Of a stretch of DNA of 64,000 nt, positions 38,537 to 47,072 are shown one piece after another (the first letter of the stretch is position 1; each line of letters starts with the position of its first letter). The DNA is from an uncultured Hyphomicrobiales bacterium (lineage in GTDB: Bacteria; Bacteroidota; Ignavibacteria; Kapaibacteriales; UBA2268). Below the pieces are notes generated by a model. That model searched no databases and was not told the origin of the DNA. It saw only the letters and a list, made by a program, of their open reading frames with translations. The stretch covers positions 550 through 64,549 of the forward strand of contig CAZEMR010000004.1 in the NCBI GenBank assembly GCA_964513465.1. The letters are read 5' to 3'. Made by a program: the position numbers and the translations under genes.

Positions 38537-38633
38537 TTTTCCACAAAGTTTTCCACATGGGCACTCCGATCCTCTCAATTCTGATTCATGTTTTCCACAT
38601 TTCGCTTAATATTCGTATTTTGGGTTTTCCACA
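38537..38633 (+). promoter_or_regulatory. cluster of four direct DnaA-box-like 9-mers (TTTTCCACA)
   Basis: Exact copies at 38537-38545, 38549-38557, 38591-38599, 38625-38633. Near-box TTATCCAAA at ~38494. Lies in the 600-bp AT-rich intergenic region 38085..38681 between divergent nrdJ and PAP2. Fits the relaxed DnaA box TTWTNCACA. Confidence 0.5.
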
Positions 38634-38681
38634 GCGGTATTCTCCGCAGATGCTAATTTTGGTTAACATAAATATATAATT

Positions 38682-39248
38682 ATGCCCGACTTCATACTGC
38701 AATTCGATACATATTTATTCCATCTCGTCAATTCCTGGATGGCAAATCCGGCGCTGGATTTCCTTATGCCGATCATCACCGATGTTAAATACTGGATACC
38801 TGTCTATATCGGGATGTTCGCGCTGATCGCATGGCGGGGCGGCAAGAACCGCTTCGGCGCGATGTTTGCAATCATGCTTGCGGCTGTGCTTGCCGATCAG
38901 ATTAACAGCAATATTCTCAAGGACTTATTCGACCGCCCAAGGCCCTGCCATATAATGACGGATATCCGGCTGCTGGTGGGATGCGGCGGCGGCCGATCAT
39001 TCCCCAGCTCGCACGCGGCTAATAATTTCGCGCTGGCTACTGTGCTCACATTTTTCTACGGGCGCTGGAAATGGTGGTTCTACTCCGGCGCGGCGCTGGT
39101 GGCCTTCTCGCGGACTTATGTCGGGGTGCATTATCCGCTCGACCTGCTGGGCGGCGCGGTCGTTGGTCTGACCATCGGCTGGCTCTCGATATTGATAATC
39201 ACGCAATTGGGCAAATTATCTCCTAAAATTTTCATCTCCCCCGATTAA
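38682..39248 (+). CDS. PAP2-family phosphatase (undecaprenyl-pyrophosphate/lipid phosphatase-like)
   Basis: 188 aa membrane protein with the three PAP2 motifs: 'KDLFDRPRP', 'PSSHAA', 'SRTYVGVHYPLD'. Confidence 0.8.
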   Translation: MPDFILQFDTYLFHLVNSWMANPALDFLMPIITDVKYWIPVYIGMFALIAWRGGKNRFGAMFAIMLAAVLADQINSNILKDLFDRPRPCHIMTDIRLLVGCGGGRSFPSSHAANNFALATVLTFFYGRWKWWFYSGAALVAFSRTYVGVHYPLDLLGGAVVGLTIGWLSILIITQLGKLSPKIFISPD

Positions 39249-39259
39249 TTATATATATA

Positions 39260-39949
39260 TCAAATAATTGCGCCGTCTTTCATCGTCAGAATGCGGTCGG
39301 CTGCCGAAGCCACATCACGGCTGTGGGTGGCGACTATAAAGGTCAGCCCCAGGCGCGACTGCATATCCGCAATCAGGCGCATGGCCTGGTCGGAGCTCGC
39401 CGAATCGAGGTTGCCGGTGGGTTCGTCCGCCAGAGCGACGGCGGGATCGTTGATTACCGCCCGGGCGATAGCCACTCGCTGCTGTTCGCCGCCGGATAGC
39501 TCGCTGGGCTTATTTCCAGCGCGGTCGGCAACTCCGACTAAGTCGAGCAGTTCCAGAGCTTTGGCGCGGGCGTCCTTTTTGCTGATACCTGCGATCAGCG
39601 CTGGGATCATCACATTTTCGAGGGCGTCGAATTCCGGCAGCAGGTGGTGGAACTGGAATATAAAGCCGATGTTCCGGTTGCGGAATCGGGCAGTATCTTC
39701 GCGCGAGAATTGCGCATAGTCCTGTTCATCGCCATTGAGCCGGATTGCGATGCGGCCGCTGTCGGGGCGGTCGATCGTGCCGAGAATATGCAGCAGAGTG
39801 CTCTTGCCCACACCGGATGGCCCGACGATTGCGACGAATTCTCCGCGGGTGATTTCGAGCGAGAGCGACCTGAGCACCTCGGTGGTTTTGCCCGCGCGAT
39901 TGGAATATGATTTATTTATATTTTCCGCTTTTAAGATTGTTTCGCTCAT
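39260..39949 (-). CDS. lolD: ABC transporter ATP-binding protein, LolD/MacB-type
   Basis: 229 aa. Walker A 'GPSGVGKST', signature 'LSGGEQQRVAIARA', Walker B 'ALADEPTGNLD', H-loop 'ATHS'. Family (FtsE/LolD/MacB) is certain. The specific symbol is less so. Confidence 0.8.
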   Translation of the reverse strand: MSETILKAENINKSYSNRAGKTTEVLRSLSLEITRGEFVAIVGPSGVGKSTLLHILGTIDRPDSGRIAIRLNGDEQDYAQFSREDTARFRNRNIGFIFQFHHLLPEFDALENVMIPALIAGISKKDARAKALELLDLVGVADRAGNKPSELSGGEQQRVAIARAVINDPAVALADEPTGNLDSASSDQAMRLIADMQSRLGLTFIVATHSRDVASAADRILTMKDGAII

Positions 39950-39958
39950 TTTTCCTCA

Positions 39959-42900
39959 TTAATACAGAATGAATCCCGTGCTGATGATTTCGCCGCCGGA
40001 GCTGGCCGATGCGCGATATACTCCCGCGGGCAGGTCGCTGAGATCGATGCGCTGCGCCCGCCCGATTTCCGACAGGCCGAATTCTCGGGTAAGCACCAAT
40101 CGGCCATGGACATTATATATATTAAGCACGGCGCTGCCGCCGGTTTTGATTTCTACGTTGATTTCTCCCTCGGCGGGATTGGGCCATATGCTCATGTTAT
40201 TAATTTCGCGCAGGCGAATCGGGAGAATGTCCGGCTGGCACAGACCGGTGATTTTGATTGCGCCTTCGCTAACTTTATAGGGATTATCGGAATACCAGTT
40301 AATTTCGGGAATGCGCAGCGGCACATCCTGCTCTTCGCCGAGCGTGACCAGTCCGTAAACTGTGGTCAGCAGCCGGTCTTCGCCGTCGAGCGTAACATCG
40401 CGCAGCGTAAAGTCAATCACCCGGTCGCCCTGGTCGATTTGGTTGCCAGTGAGTTCGCCGATACTTATGCTGTCCGGCTGGTAGATACCCGCGTCGAATC
40501 GGATGCGGACATCGATTTGCGCGAGATTGACGACCGTATCCTGGCGATTGATTCGGCCATAGAAAGGCACTGCAAATGCCGGATCGCCTACCTGGGCTTC
40601 CTGCCGGGTCAGAGTGAATATGCCTTCGAATGTATATCTCAATCCGATCGCCGAGCATGGAATAATAAGCGTATCGGTGCAGGGCTGGCTGACGAATATC
40701 CGCAGCGTATCTGCGTAATTGCGTTCCTCGCGCGGAGTAAAGGTCAGCGTTATTTCCATCTCGCCGCCGGGGTGAACTGTGGCGGATTCTGCCGGATCGG
40801 CGCTGAATGTGATGTCGCCGTCGGCGTCGCCGTCGAGCTTCATACCGGCGATCACTGCCGGGAGAGCGCTCTCATTTTTTAAATTAAAAATTAATTCTTC
40901 GCTGCGGTCTATATATATAATTCCGAAGTCCGCCTCGCCCAATCCACTGAATTCCGGATTTTTATATAGCGCAGTTACAGTATCGGCCGAGGTGCAACCA
41001 CGCTCGTCGAATACCTGAAGCCAGTATTCGCCTTCTTCCGAGACTTCAATCGAGCGGGTTGTGGCGCCGTTCGACCAGTAATATTCGGCGTGTTCACGAT
41101 CGGAGCTCAGAGTAATGCTTTCGCCGCGGCAGAATAGCTGGTTCCCCTGGATTTTAGTAATCGGATTTTCATACATATTTATTGTGACAGTATCGGATAC
41201 CCCCTCGCAGCCGCTTTCGCCGACTACGCGCACCCAGTAATCGCCAGCGCGGTCGATCTCGATTGACGGAGTATTTTCGCCGTTCGACCAGTAATATTCG
41301 GCATAATCCTCGCCTGCGCTGAGCACGAGTGAGGTTCCACGGCAAAAGTAGGATTTATCGTATTCAATTACCGGATGCAGAGTGGAATCGATCCGGACAT
41401 TCAGCGTATCGCGTCCGACGCAGCCCATCTCGCTGATCTGCTCGACAATAAGCTCGGCCATCCCCGATTCGGGCCATTCGATCCGGACGGCTTCGTCGCC
41501 CTGGCCGCTGATAATATTCCCCATCGGCGCCGACCAGATTATCGTCGAATTAGTAAACATATCTATCGAGTATTCCGCAATATTTGCTTCGCAGACGGAC
41601 TGAGGCCCGCTGATCGAGGGGACGGGCCGGCGATTGAATATCATGTCGATATCCCTGCTGGTGCCGGTGCAGCCGTTCGAATCGACCACAGTCACCGAGT
41701 AGAGCTGAGGGCGGTGCACGCGAATCGTGGGCGTGGTTTCGCCGGTACTCCATAAATATTCGGTGTATTCATCGCTTGTGCTGAGAGTGACCGTGTCGCC
41801 GGTGCAATAGGGCGCATCGAAGGAGGGGATTATTACCGGCCGGGGGTTATCCCATACGATTATTTCTTTCTCGGAATACGCCGTGCAGCCGTTGGTATCG
41901 CTCACCGTTACGGAATAAACGCCCGGACTTTTTACATTAATACTCCGGGTGGTGGCTCCGGTGGACCATTCGTAGAATGCGAATTCATTCTTAGTGCGCA
42001 AAAGCACGCTGCCGCCATCGCAGAAGGGGTGATCGCCGATAATTTCGAGCGCGGGATCGGGCAACTGGTGCATAAATACGAATATATCAGAGCTTCGCCA
42101 GCAGCCCGCGGAGTCCTGCGCGCGGACGCTGTAAATACCGGGGCGGTCGACTGTTATGCTGTCCGAAACGCTGCCGGTAGACCATTCGATAGCTTCATAA
42201 TCGCCGGATACTCGCAGCCCTACCTTTTCGCCATCGCAGACGAAGCGTTTGCCTTCGATTACGGGCAGCGGCTTTACAAAAAACACAGGACAGAAATTCC
42301 AGCTCATCAGGTCATGATTCTGATATGACTTTCCGGTTGCGGAAGTAAAGCCCACATAAGCCTCGCCGTTGCAGTCGAGCCGGAGCAATTTGCCAAGCTC
42401 AAGGTCTGGCACCACAAGCGCAGGTTCGTCGAACCGGGGCTGGTCGTTCAGATAAATTCTTAATGTATTGGGGATAATATCATAATCAATTTTTACAAAA
42501 TATTCAGTTCCGTCGGTCAGTATTTCAATCACATCCGTGGTAATCGCAATGGTCGCGTCGCCATGATACTGGCTATTGAAGTCCCGGCCTAGCGACTGAA
42601 CAGCAATATGATTGCCGTTCGGATCGTGATAAACATCATCCTCCGGTTCGTATTCGTAGCTATTATTGAACATATCGAATTCTATTGCAAGCGAATTAGC
42701 AATTCCGCCGTAGCCAAGGCCGGACCCCCACAGCCCGAGAGCGTCCTCTTGGGAATTCTGAATCACGAAGGCCAGCCCGTCGGCGCCGGGCAGCGAATTA
42801 TCCTTTGCGCTGGCATTATATCCTTCGCTAATTTGAAATGAAAATTCGGTAGAAAAGCCTTTTTCGACCCGGACTTTATTTTCATACCAGACGGCTCCGC

Positions 42901-43741
42901 GCTGGTAGGTAATATCCTCGGTAATCCGGATGAATCCCTCCTCCTGGAGCTTAGCGGTGCCAATCAGCTTCAACGCCTCTTCGGTATCGAATCTCTGATA
43001 GTCGATATTTTCGAATTCACAGGGCTTATATAAATATCTCACATCCTCGGGCGTCAGCGCCCGGGAATAAATCCGGAATTCGTCCATATCGCCCACAAAG
43101 CGCGTCGAAAACAGCGAATCCCGCGTCCACATCGTCCGGCCGATTGCGCCGCCGCCATTGCCGATCGAAAGGCTCTGATCGAAATCAGCAATTATTTCAT
43201 CATCGCGATAGACGGTCATATGTCCATTTTTATAAACCAGGCAGTAGAATATCCACTGACCGTAATCACCTTTGCGGAAATCGACCGATTGCGGAGCGCC
43301 GCTGCCAACCGAAAAATTCAGCGCCCGGTCGGATTCTTCGGCGTCTTTGGGCAGATGGCTTCGCATTCCGGACCAGCCGGCTTCGAGATTGCCAAACATA
43401 AAATACGAGCAACCCTCCGGGTGGGTATTGCCGATATGCCTTATCCAAAAGCCGACGGTGAATTCGTTCATATCTTCAATGGCAATATCCGGCAGCAGCA
43501 AATGGCCGCCCGATTCGCCGAAGGTGCCCTGGCCCACAATCCGGATTGATTCTCCCCGGATACCGGAGCTGCGCCGAAGGTCGCCGATAGCGGTGGCATG
43601 ATTCTGGTTGCCGCTATAGTCCAGCGGCGAAGCCTTCTCGAAGGGATAATATATCAGCAGCCCGGTATTAATATCCTGGCCGGAAGAATTCATCAGTGAG
43701 AATATATAAATAAATGCAATCAGGAAGTAGAAACGCTTCAT
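39959..43741 (-). CDS. 1260-aa secreted lectin-domain protein, T9SS cargo
   Basis: Signal peptide 'MKRFYFLIAFIYIFSLMNSSGQD'. N-terminal LamG-like module. Legume-lectin-like domain ('GFIRITEDITYQRGAVWYEN...GADGLAFVIQN...SLAIEFDMFNN'). Six ~80-aa Cys-flanked Ig/HYR-like repeats with core 'Y.WS.G.TT..I.V...G.Y.V.V.D..GC'. Type-A CTD '...IWPNPAEGEINVEI...GVYRASASSGGEIISTGFILY'. Confidence 0.8.
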   Translation of the reverse strand: MKRFYFLIAFIYIFSLMNSSGQDINTGLLIYYPFEKASPLDYSGNQNHATAIGDLRRSSGIRGESIRIVGQGTFGESGGHLLLPDIAIEDMNEFTVGFWIRHIGNTHPEGCSYFMFGNLEAGWSGMRSHLPKDAEESDRALNFSVGSGAPQSVDFRKGDYGQWIFYCLVYKNGHMTVYRDDEIIADFDQSLSIGNGGGAIGRTMWTRDSLFSTRFVGDMDEFRIYSRALTPEDVRYLYKPCEFENIDYQRFDTEEALKLIGTAKLQEEGFIRITEDITYQRGAVWYENKVRVEKGFSTEFSFQISEGYNASAKDNSLPGADGLAFVIQNSQEDALGLWGSGLGYGGIANSLAIEFDMFNNSYEYEPEDDVYHDPNGNHIAVQSLGRDFNSQYHGDATIAITTDVIEILTDGTEYFVKIDYDIIPNTLRIYLNDQPRFDEPALVVPDLELGKLLRLDCNGEAYVGFTSATGKSYQNHDLMSWNFCPVFFVKPLPVIEGKRFVCDGEKVGLRVSGDYEAIEWSTGSVSDSITVDRPGIYSVRAQDSAGCWRSSDIFVFMHQLPDPALEIIGDHPFCDGGSVLLRTKNEFAFYEWSTGATTRSINVKSPGVYSVTVSDTNGCTAYSEKEIIVWDNPRPVIIPSFDAPYCTGDTVTLSTSDEYTEYLWSTGETTPTIRVHRPQLYSVTVVDSNGCTGTSRDIDMIFNRRPVPSISGPQSVCEANIAEYSIDMFTNSTIIWSAPMGNIISGQGDEAVRIEWPESGMAELIVEQISEMGCVGRDTLNVRIDSTLHPVIEYDKSYFCRGTSLVLSAGEDYAEYYWSNGENTPSIEIDRAGDYWVRVVGESGCEGVSDTVTINMYENPITKIQGNQLFCRGESITLSSDREHAEYYWSNGATTRSIEVSEEGEYWLQVFDERGCTSADTVTALYKNPEFSGLGEADFGIIYIDRSEELIFNLKNESALPAVIAGMKLDGDADGDITFSADPAESATVHPGGEMEITLTFTPREERNYADTLRIFVSQPCTDTLIIPCSAIGLRYTFEGIFTLTRQEAQVGDPAFAVPFYGRINRQDTVVNLAQIDVRIRFDAGIYQPDSISIGELTGNQIDQGDRVIDFTLRDVTLDGEDRLLTTVYGLVTLGEEQDVPLRIPEINWYSDNPYKVSEGAIKITGLCQPDILPIRLREINNMSIWPNPAEGEINVEIKTGGSAVLNIYNVHGRLVLTREFGLSEIGRAQRIDLSDLPAGVYRASASSGGEIISTGFILY

Positions 43742-43952
43742 ATTTCAATCTCTGGGAATTTTCAAATATCAATATTTTCAATTTAATAAATTAAATTCAA
43801 TAGATAAACTACACTAATATATAAACAGTCCTTATATATATACATCACTCCGCTGGCACGAAAATATTTCCGAAACAGCCAAAATATAGCCGGCGAGACA
43901 ATTTGTGGATAACTGTGTAACCTTTTTTTCAAAATCTTGTTATTGCTATTAA

Positions 43953-44519
43953 ATGAGAAAGAAATACGAAGAATATAGCGACTCCGAGCTGTTCGGAATG
44001 CTTACAAAAGATAAGCAGACAGCAGAGCAGGCCTTCAAGGAAATCTACTCAAGGCATGCCCCGCGGGTGTACGCATATTGCAGAAGATTCATGGGCAACA
44101 ACGAGGAAGCCCAGGACGTATTTCAGGAAACATTTGCCAAGTTCTTTGAGTGCGCATCTGACGATCGCGAAATGACCAATACCCCGGGCTTTCTGCTCAG
44201 GATAGCCAGAAATCTCTGCGTCAACCTGAAGAAAAAAGAGCGCAGTACGATTTCGTTCGAGGATTATATGGCAGTCAATCGCGACAGCGGACGCGAACAG
44301 GACGAACTGCTCGATCTGATCAAAATGGCGCTCGAGCTATTGCAGCCGGAATATCGCGAGATGTTCATACTCCGCGAATACGAAGGATTCTCGTATTCAG
44401 AGATTACTGACATCACCAACGAGCCGCTCTCGACTGTTAAGATCAGAATTTATCGCGCAAAACAAAAAATTCGGGAAATACTCCAGCCATATCTGGCGGA
44501 GCTTTCTAAACATGGATAA
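43953..44519 (+). CDS. RNA polymerase ECF-type sigma-70 factor
   Basis: 188 aa with region 2 ('VFQETFAKFFE') and region 4 HTH ('EMFILREYEGFSYSEITDITNEPLSTVKIRIYRAKQKI'). Confidence 0.85.
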   Translation: MRKKYEEYSDSELFGMLTKDKQTAEQAFKEIYSRHAPRVYAYCRRFMGNNEEAQDVFQETFAKFFECASDDREMTNTPGFLLRIARNLCVNLKKKERSTISFEDYMAVNRDSGREQDELLDLIKMALELLQPEYREMFILREYEGFSYSEITDITNEPLSTVKIRIYRAKQKIREILQPYLAELSKHG

Positions 44520-44554
44520 ATATATGAAATTCAATAAAATAACGGTTAACTGAA

Positions 44555-45829
44555 ATGAAAGAGTACATTGATTCAACACCTTCGGAATTGCTGACTCTCC
44601 TGCTCGACGGAGAGCTGGACACCGACGCCCAGAGCAAACTCTTCGCAGAGCTTGCCCGCAACGGCGAATTGCAGGAAGAGCTTCGCGAGATGCTCGCCAT
44701 CCGGCAATCAGTGCAGAAGGATTTCGAAGCTTTCTCGCCCCCGCCCGAAGCCACCACCGCGGTATTCGACCGCGTCGGATTCGGCGCACATCAGGCGGCC
44801 GCCGGCGGTTCCGGCGCAGCAGTTTTCGGTTTCCTGCGTCGCAACTGGTGGGTATCGGCCATCGGCCTTCTGCTTATTTCATTTGTTGGGTATAATCTGA
44901 CAACAGGAGACGACGCTCCGAACCTCGCAAGCGAAAATATCGCCCCTACCCGAAGCATAGCAATGGCCAGCGATAATTCCGCTCCGACCGTCAGCTCAAT
45001 CGCCGAAGAGCCGGCAATCACCCAATCCGCCCCGGCAGTCGCGAGTATTTCCGCAGATAATAATCCCGGCGCGGCGAAAACTTCCGCCGGCAATCCGGAA
45101 AGCGTGTCCCCGGCAGGCAACCATGCATCTGCCGAAGTAATACCAGCGGATTTTGAATCGGCCGATAATGACATCGTCAAACCATTTAATATAATTACAG
45201 CCTCGAACGCGCAATCGAACGGCTTTATCCCCGAGGATAATTTCGGTATAGCCCAAAGCGGATTCCAGGGTGCCGAGCGCCGCGCCGAAGCATACAGCCC
45301 GCTGATGCTATCGATTCGCCCGGACAAAAACCACGGCGTATCGCTTTATTACAACGGTATGTATTCGGTAAGCGCCGCCGAGATGAATCTCGACTATGGC
45401 AATACCCCCTTTGTTTCCGAATACAACGCTGGAATATACTTCTCTGCCGCAGACAATCTAAAGGTCGGCTTCGAATTCGGCCGCGAATCCTTCGGCCATA
45501 TTTATACCGACGGCACCGACGCCCAGCAGTACGAACAGCAGCCGCTCATACTCTGCCTCGGAGTGGGCGCGCGCTATCAATTCAGCCAGCTCGAAATCGT
45601 TGGCATCCGCCCATTTGCGCATATGTCTTACGCCAGCACCGAGCTCGGCCACCTCGGCCGCGGCACAGTGGGCGTCGAATTCGTATCTCCGCAGAAGATT
45701 CTGCTTGGCTGCCGCGTGGGTGTAACCGCCGGATTCCAGGGAAGCCTGATGCTATACGAAACACTCGACAGCAAATGGCTCACCTCCAAAAAGAACGGCC
45801 TTATAATCGGAGGCTCTCTGCACTTTTAA
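44555..45829 (+). CDS. putative membrane-anchored anti-sigma factor with unusual C-terminal domain
   Basis: Immediately downstream of the ECF sigma. N-terminal ~90-aa anti-sigma-like helical domain. One TM ('WWVSAIGLLLISFVGYNL'). Ala/Ser/Pro-rich linker. C-terminal ~200-aa beta-rich domain ending '...LIIGGSLHF'. Confidence 0.5.
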   Translation: MKEYIDSTPSELLTLLLDGELDTDAQSKLFAELARNGELQEELREMLAIRQSVQKDFEAFSPPPEATTAVFDRVGFGAHQAAAGGSGAAVFGFLRRNWWVSAIGLLLISFVGYNLTTGDDAPNLASENIAPTRSIAMASDNSAPTVSSIAEEPAITQSAPAVASISADNNPGAAKTSAGNPESVSPAGNHASAEVIPADFESADNDIVKPFNIITASNAQSNGFIPEDNFGIAQSGFQGAERRAEAYSPLMLSIRPDKNHGVSLYYNGMYSVSAAEMNLDYGNTPFVSEYNAGIYFSAADNLKVGFEFGRESFGHIYTDGTDAQQYEQQPLILCLGVGARYQFSQLEIVGIRPFAHMSYASTELGHLGRGTVGVEFVSPQKILLGCRVGVTAGFQGSLMLYETLDSKWLTSKKNGLIIGGSLHF

Positions 45830-45862
45830 TATACGACCCTGATACCCCACTTGGATAAATGA

Positions 45863-45897
45863 AAAGCCCCGGCTCGATGAAGTCGGGGCTTTTTTAA
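45863..45897. terminator. bidirectional rho-independent terminator between convergent anti-sigma and LRR genes
   Basis: AAGCCCCG-gctcgatgaagtc-CGGGGCTT hairpin with T5 after it on the plus strand and A-rich tract before it. Confidence 0.65.
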
Positions 45898-45918
45898 TTT
45901 TCCGTTAAAAAATTAATA

Positions 45919-46878
45919 TTAATCCCACTGGATTACGGCATCGCCAAGCATACGCTGGATTTTCCGGCGATCGTCGGCCGGGAAATTATTATTGCTCAGA
46001 TCGATCACCCGCAGGTTCTCCAGATTCGATACGCTGTCGGGCAGCCACGAAAGCTCGTTAGCGCTAAGCCCTACTTCGCGCAGATTCGTAAGATTACCGA
46101 AGTCCTCCGGCAGCGAAATAAGCTCGTTTTCGTAAAGCCGGAGCTTTTTCAGGTTGGTCAGCTTGCAGAAGCTGTCCGGCAGCCGCTGCAGCAGATTCTT
46201 ATACGCCCGGATTTTCTCGAGATTCGCAAGATTGCCAATATTCTCGGGCAGGCGGGTCAGTGTGTTGTCGTGCACTTCGAGCTTCTTGAGATTTGCCATC
46301 TGGCATACCGAATCGGGCAACTGCGAAAAATAATTACCATTGGCGCGGAGCTTCTCCAGATTTTCCAGCTCGCCGATCGATTCGGGAAATTCTCGCAGCT
46401 CGTTTTCGCTTATGATCAATTCGCGCAATTCCTTCAGATCGCCTATGGAATGAGGCAGCGAGCGCAGTTTGTTGTGGTTGAGTCCGATGCGTTTCAGCTT
46501 AGCAAGCCGGCCGGTGGATTCGGGGATTTGCTCGAGCTCGTTCCAACTGAGCACGAGAGTTTCGAGATTTTCCAGCTCGCCGATCGATTCGGGCACCTCT
46601 TTGATTCTGTTGCCGCTAAGCTCGAGCTTGATAAGGCTTTTCATCTGGCCGATTTCGGTGGGGATGGTTTCGATCTGATTGTTCCAGAGAATCAATTCCT
46701 TCAGATTAGTCAATTTGAATATATCCTTGGGAAAGCACTCCAGGTCTTTGAAGTGAAGGTCCAGACGCTCTACTTTCTCCGGTTGTTTAAGAGCGTCTGC
46801 CATTGTGTAGAAGGTGGTTTCTGTGGTTCCTGCATTATTTTCGTTCGACATGTCTCTGCCTTTAAATATATATGACAA
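45919..46878 (-). CDS. cytoplasmic leucine-rich-repeat (LRR) protein
   Basis: 319 aa. No signal peptide ('MSYIFKGRDMSNENNAGTTETTFY...'). About twelve tandem 23-aa 'LxxLPxSIGxLxNLxxLxLxxNxL' repeats. Confidence 0.75.
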   Translation of the reverse strand: MSYIFKGRDMSNENNAGTTETTFYTMADALKQPEKVERLDLHFKDLECFPKDIFKLTNLKELILWNNQIETIPTEIGQMKSLIKLELSGNRIKEVPESIGELENLETLVLSWNELEQIPESTGRLAKLKRIGLNHNKLRSLPHSIGDLKELRELIISENELREFPESIGELENLEKLRANGNYFSQLPDSVCQMANLKKLEVHDNTLTRLPENIGNLANLEKIRAYKNLLQRLPDSFCKLTNLKKLRLYENELISLPEDFGNLTNLREVGLSANELSWLPDSVSNLENLRVIDLSNNNFPADDRRKIQRMLGDAVIQWD

Positions 46879-47072
46879 CGTTTACTTTAATGTCTTCATT
46901 ATAATTTACAAAATAAAAATTTACACAAATATTAAAAGAAAAATTTGAAATTTAAACAGGTAAATGCAATTTTGTGTAAAAATCTTTACACTGGATTCAC
47001 AATTGTAACCAAATTGTATTTCAGGTTGTCTTCGAATCAGTGATTTTTGAAAAATATCGAGGATTTATTCTC

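Noticed and set aside
38473-38679. 68-aa ORF 'MSRKKEFYPNIMHTNHYIDAQVFHKVFHMGTPILSILIHVFHISLNIRILGF...' in the nrdJ-PAP2 intergenic region
   Set aside because: The repeated 'VFH' in the peptide is just the translation of the four TTTTCCACA repeats. The region is AT-rich and non-coding in character.
43848-43870. Possible sigma-54 promoter (-24 'TGGCACG') upstream of the ECF sigma gene
   Set aside because: TGGCACG is present at ~43853. The -12 element at the correct spacing reads TATTT rather than TTGCW, so the GG-N10-GC rule fails. Probably coincidental.
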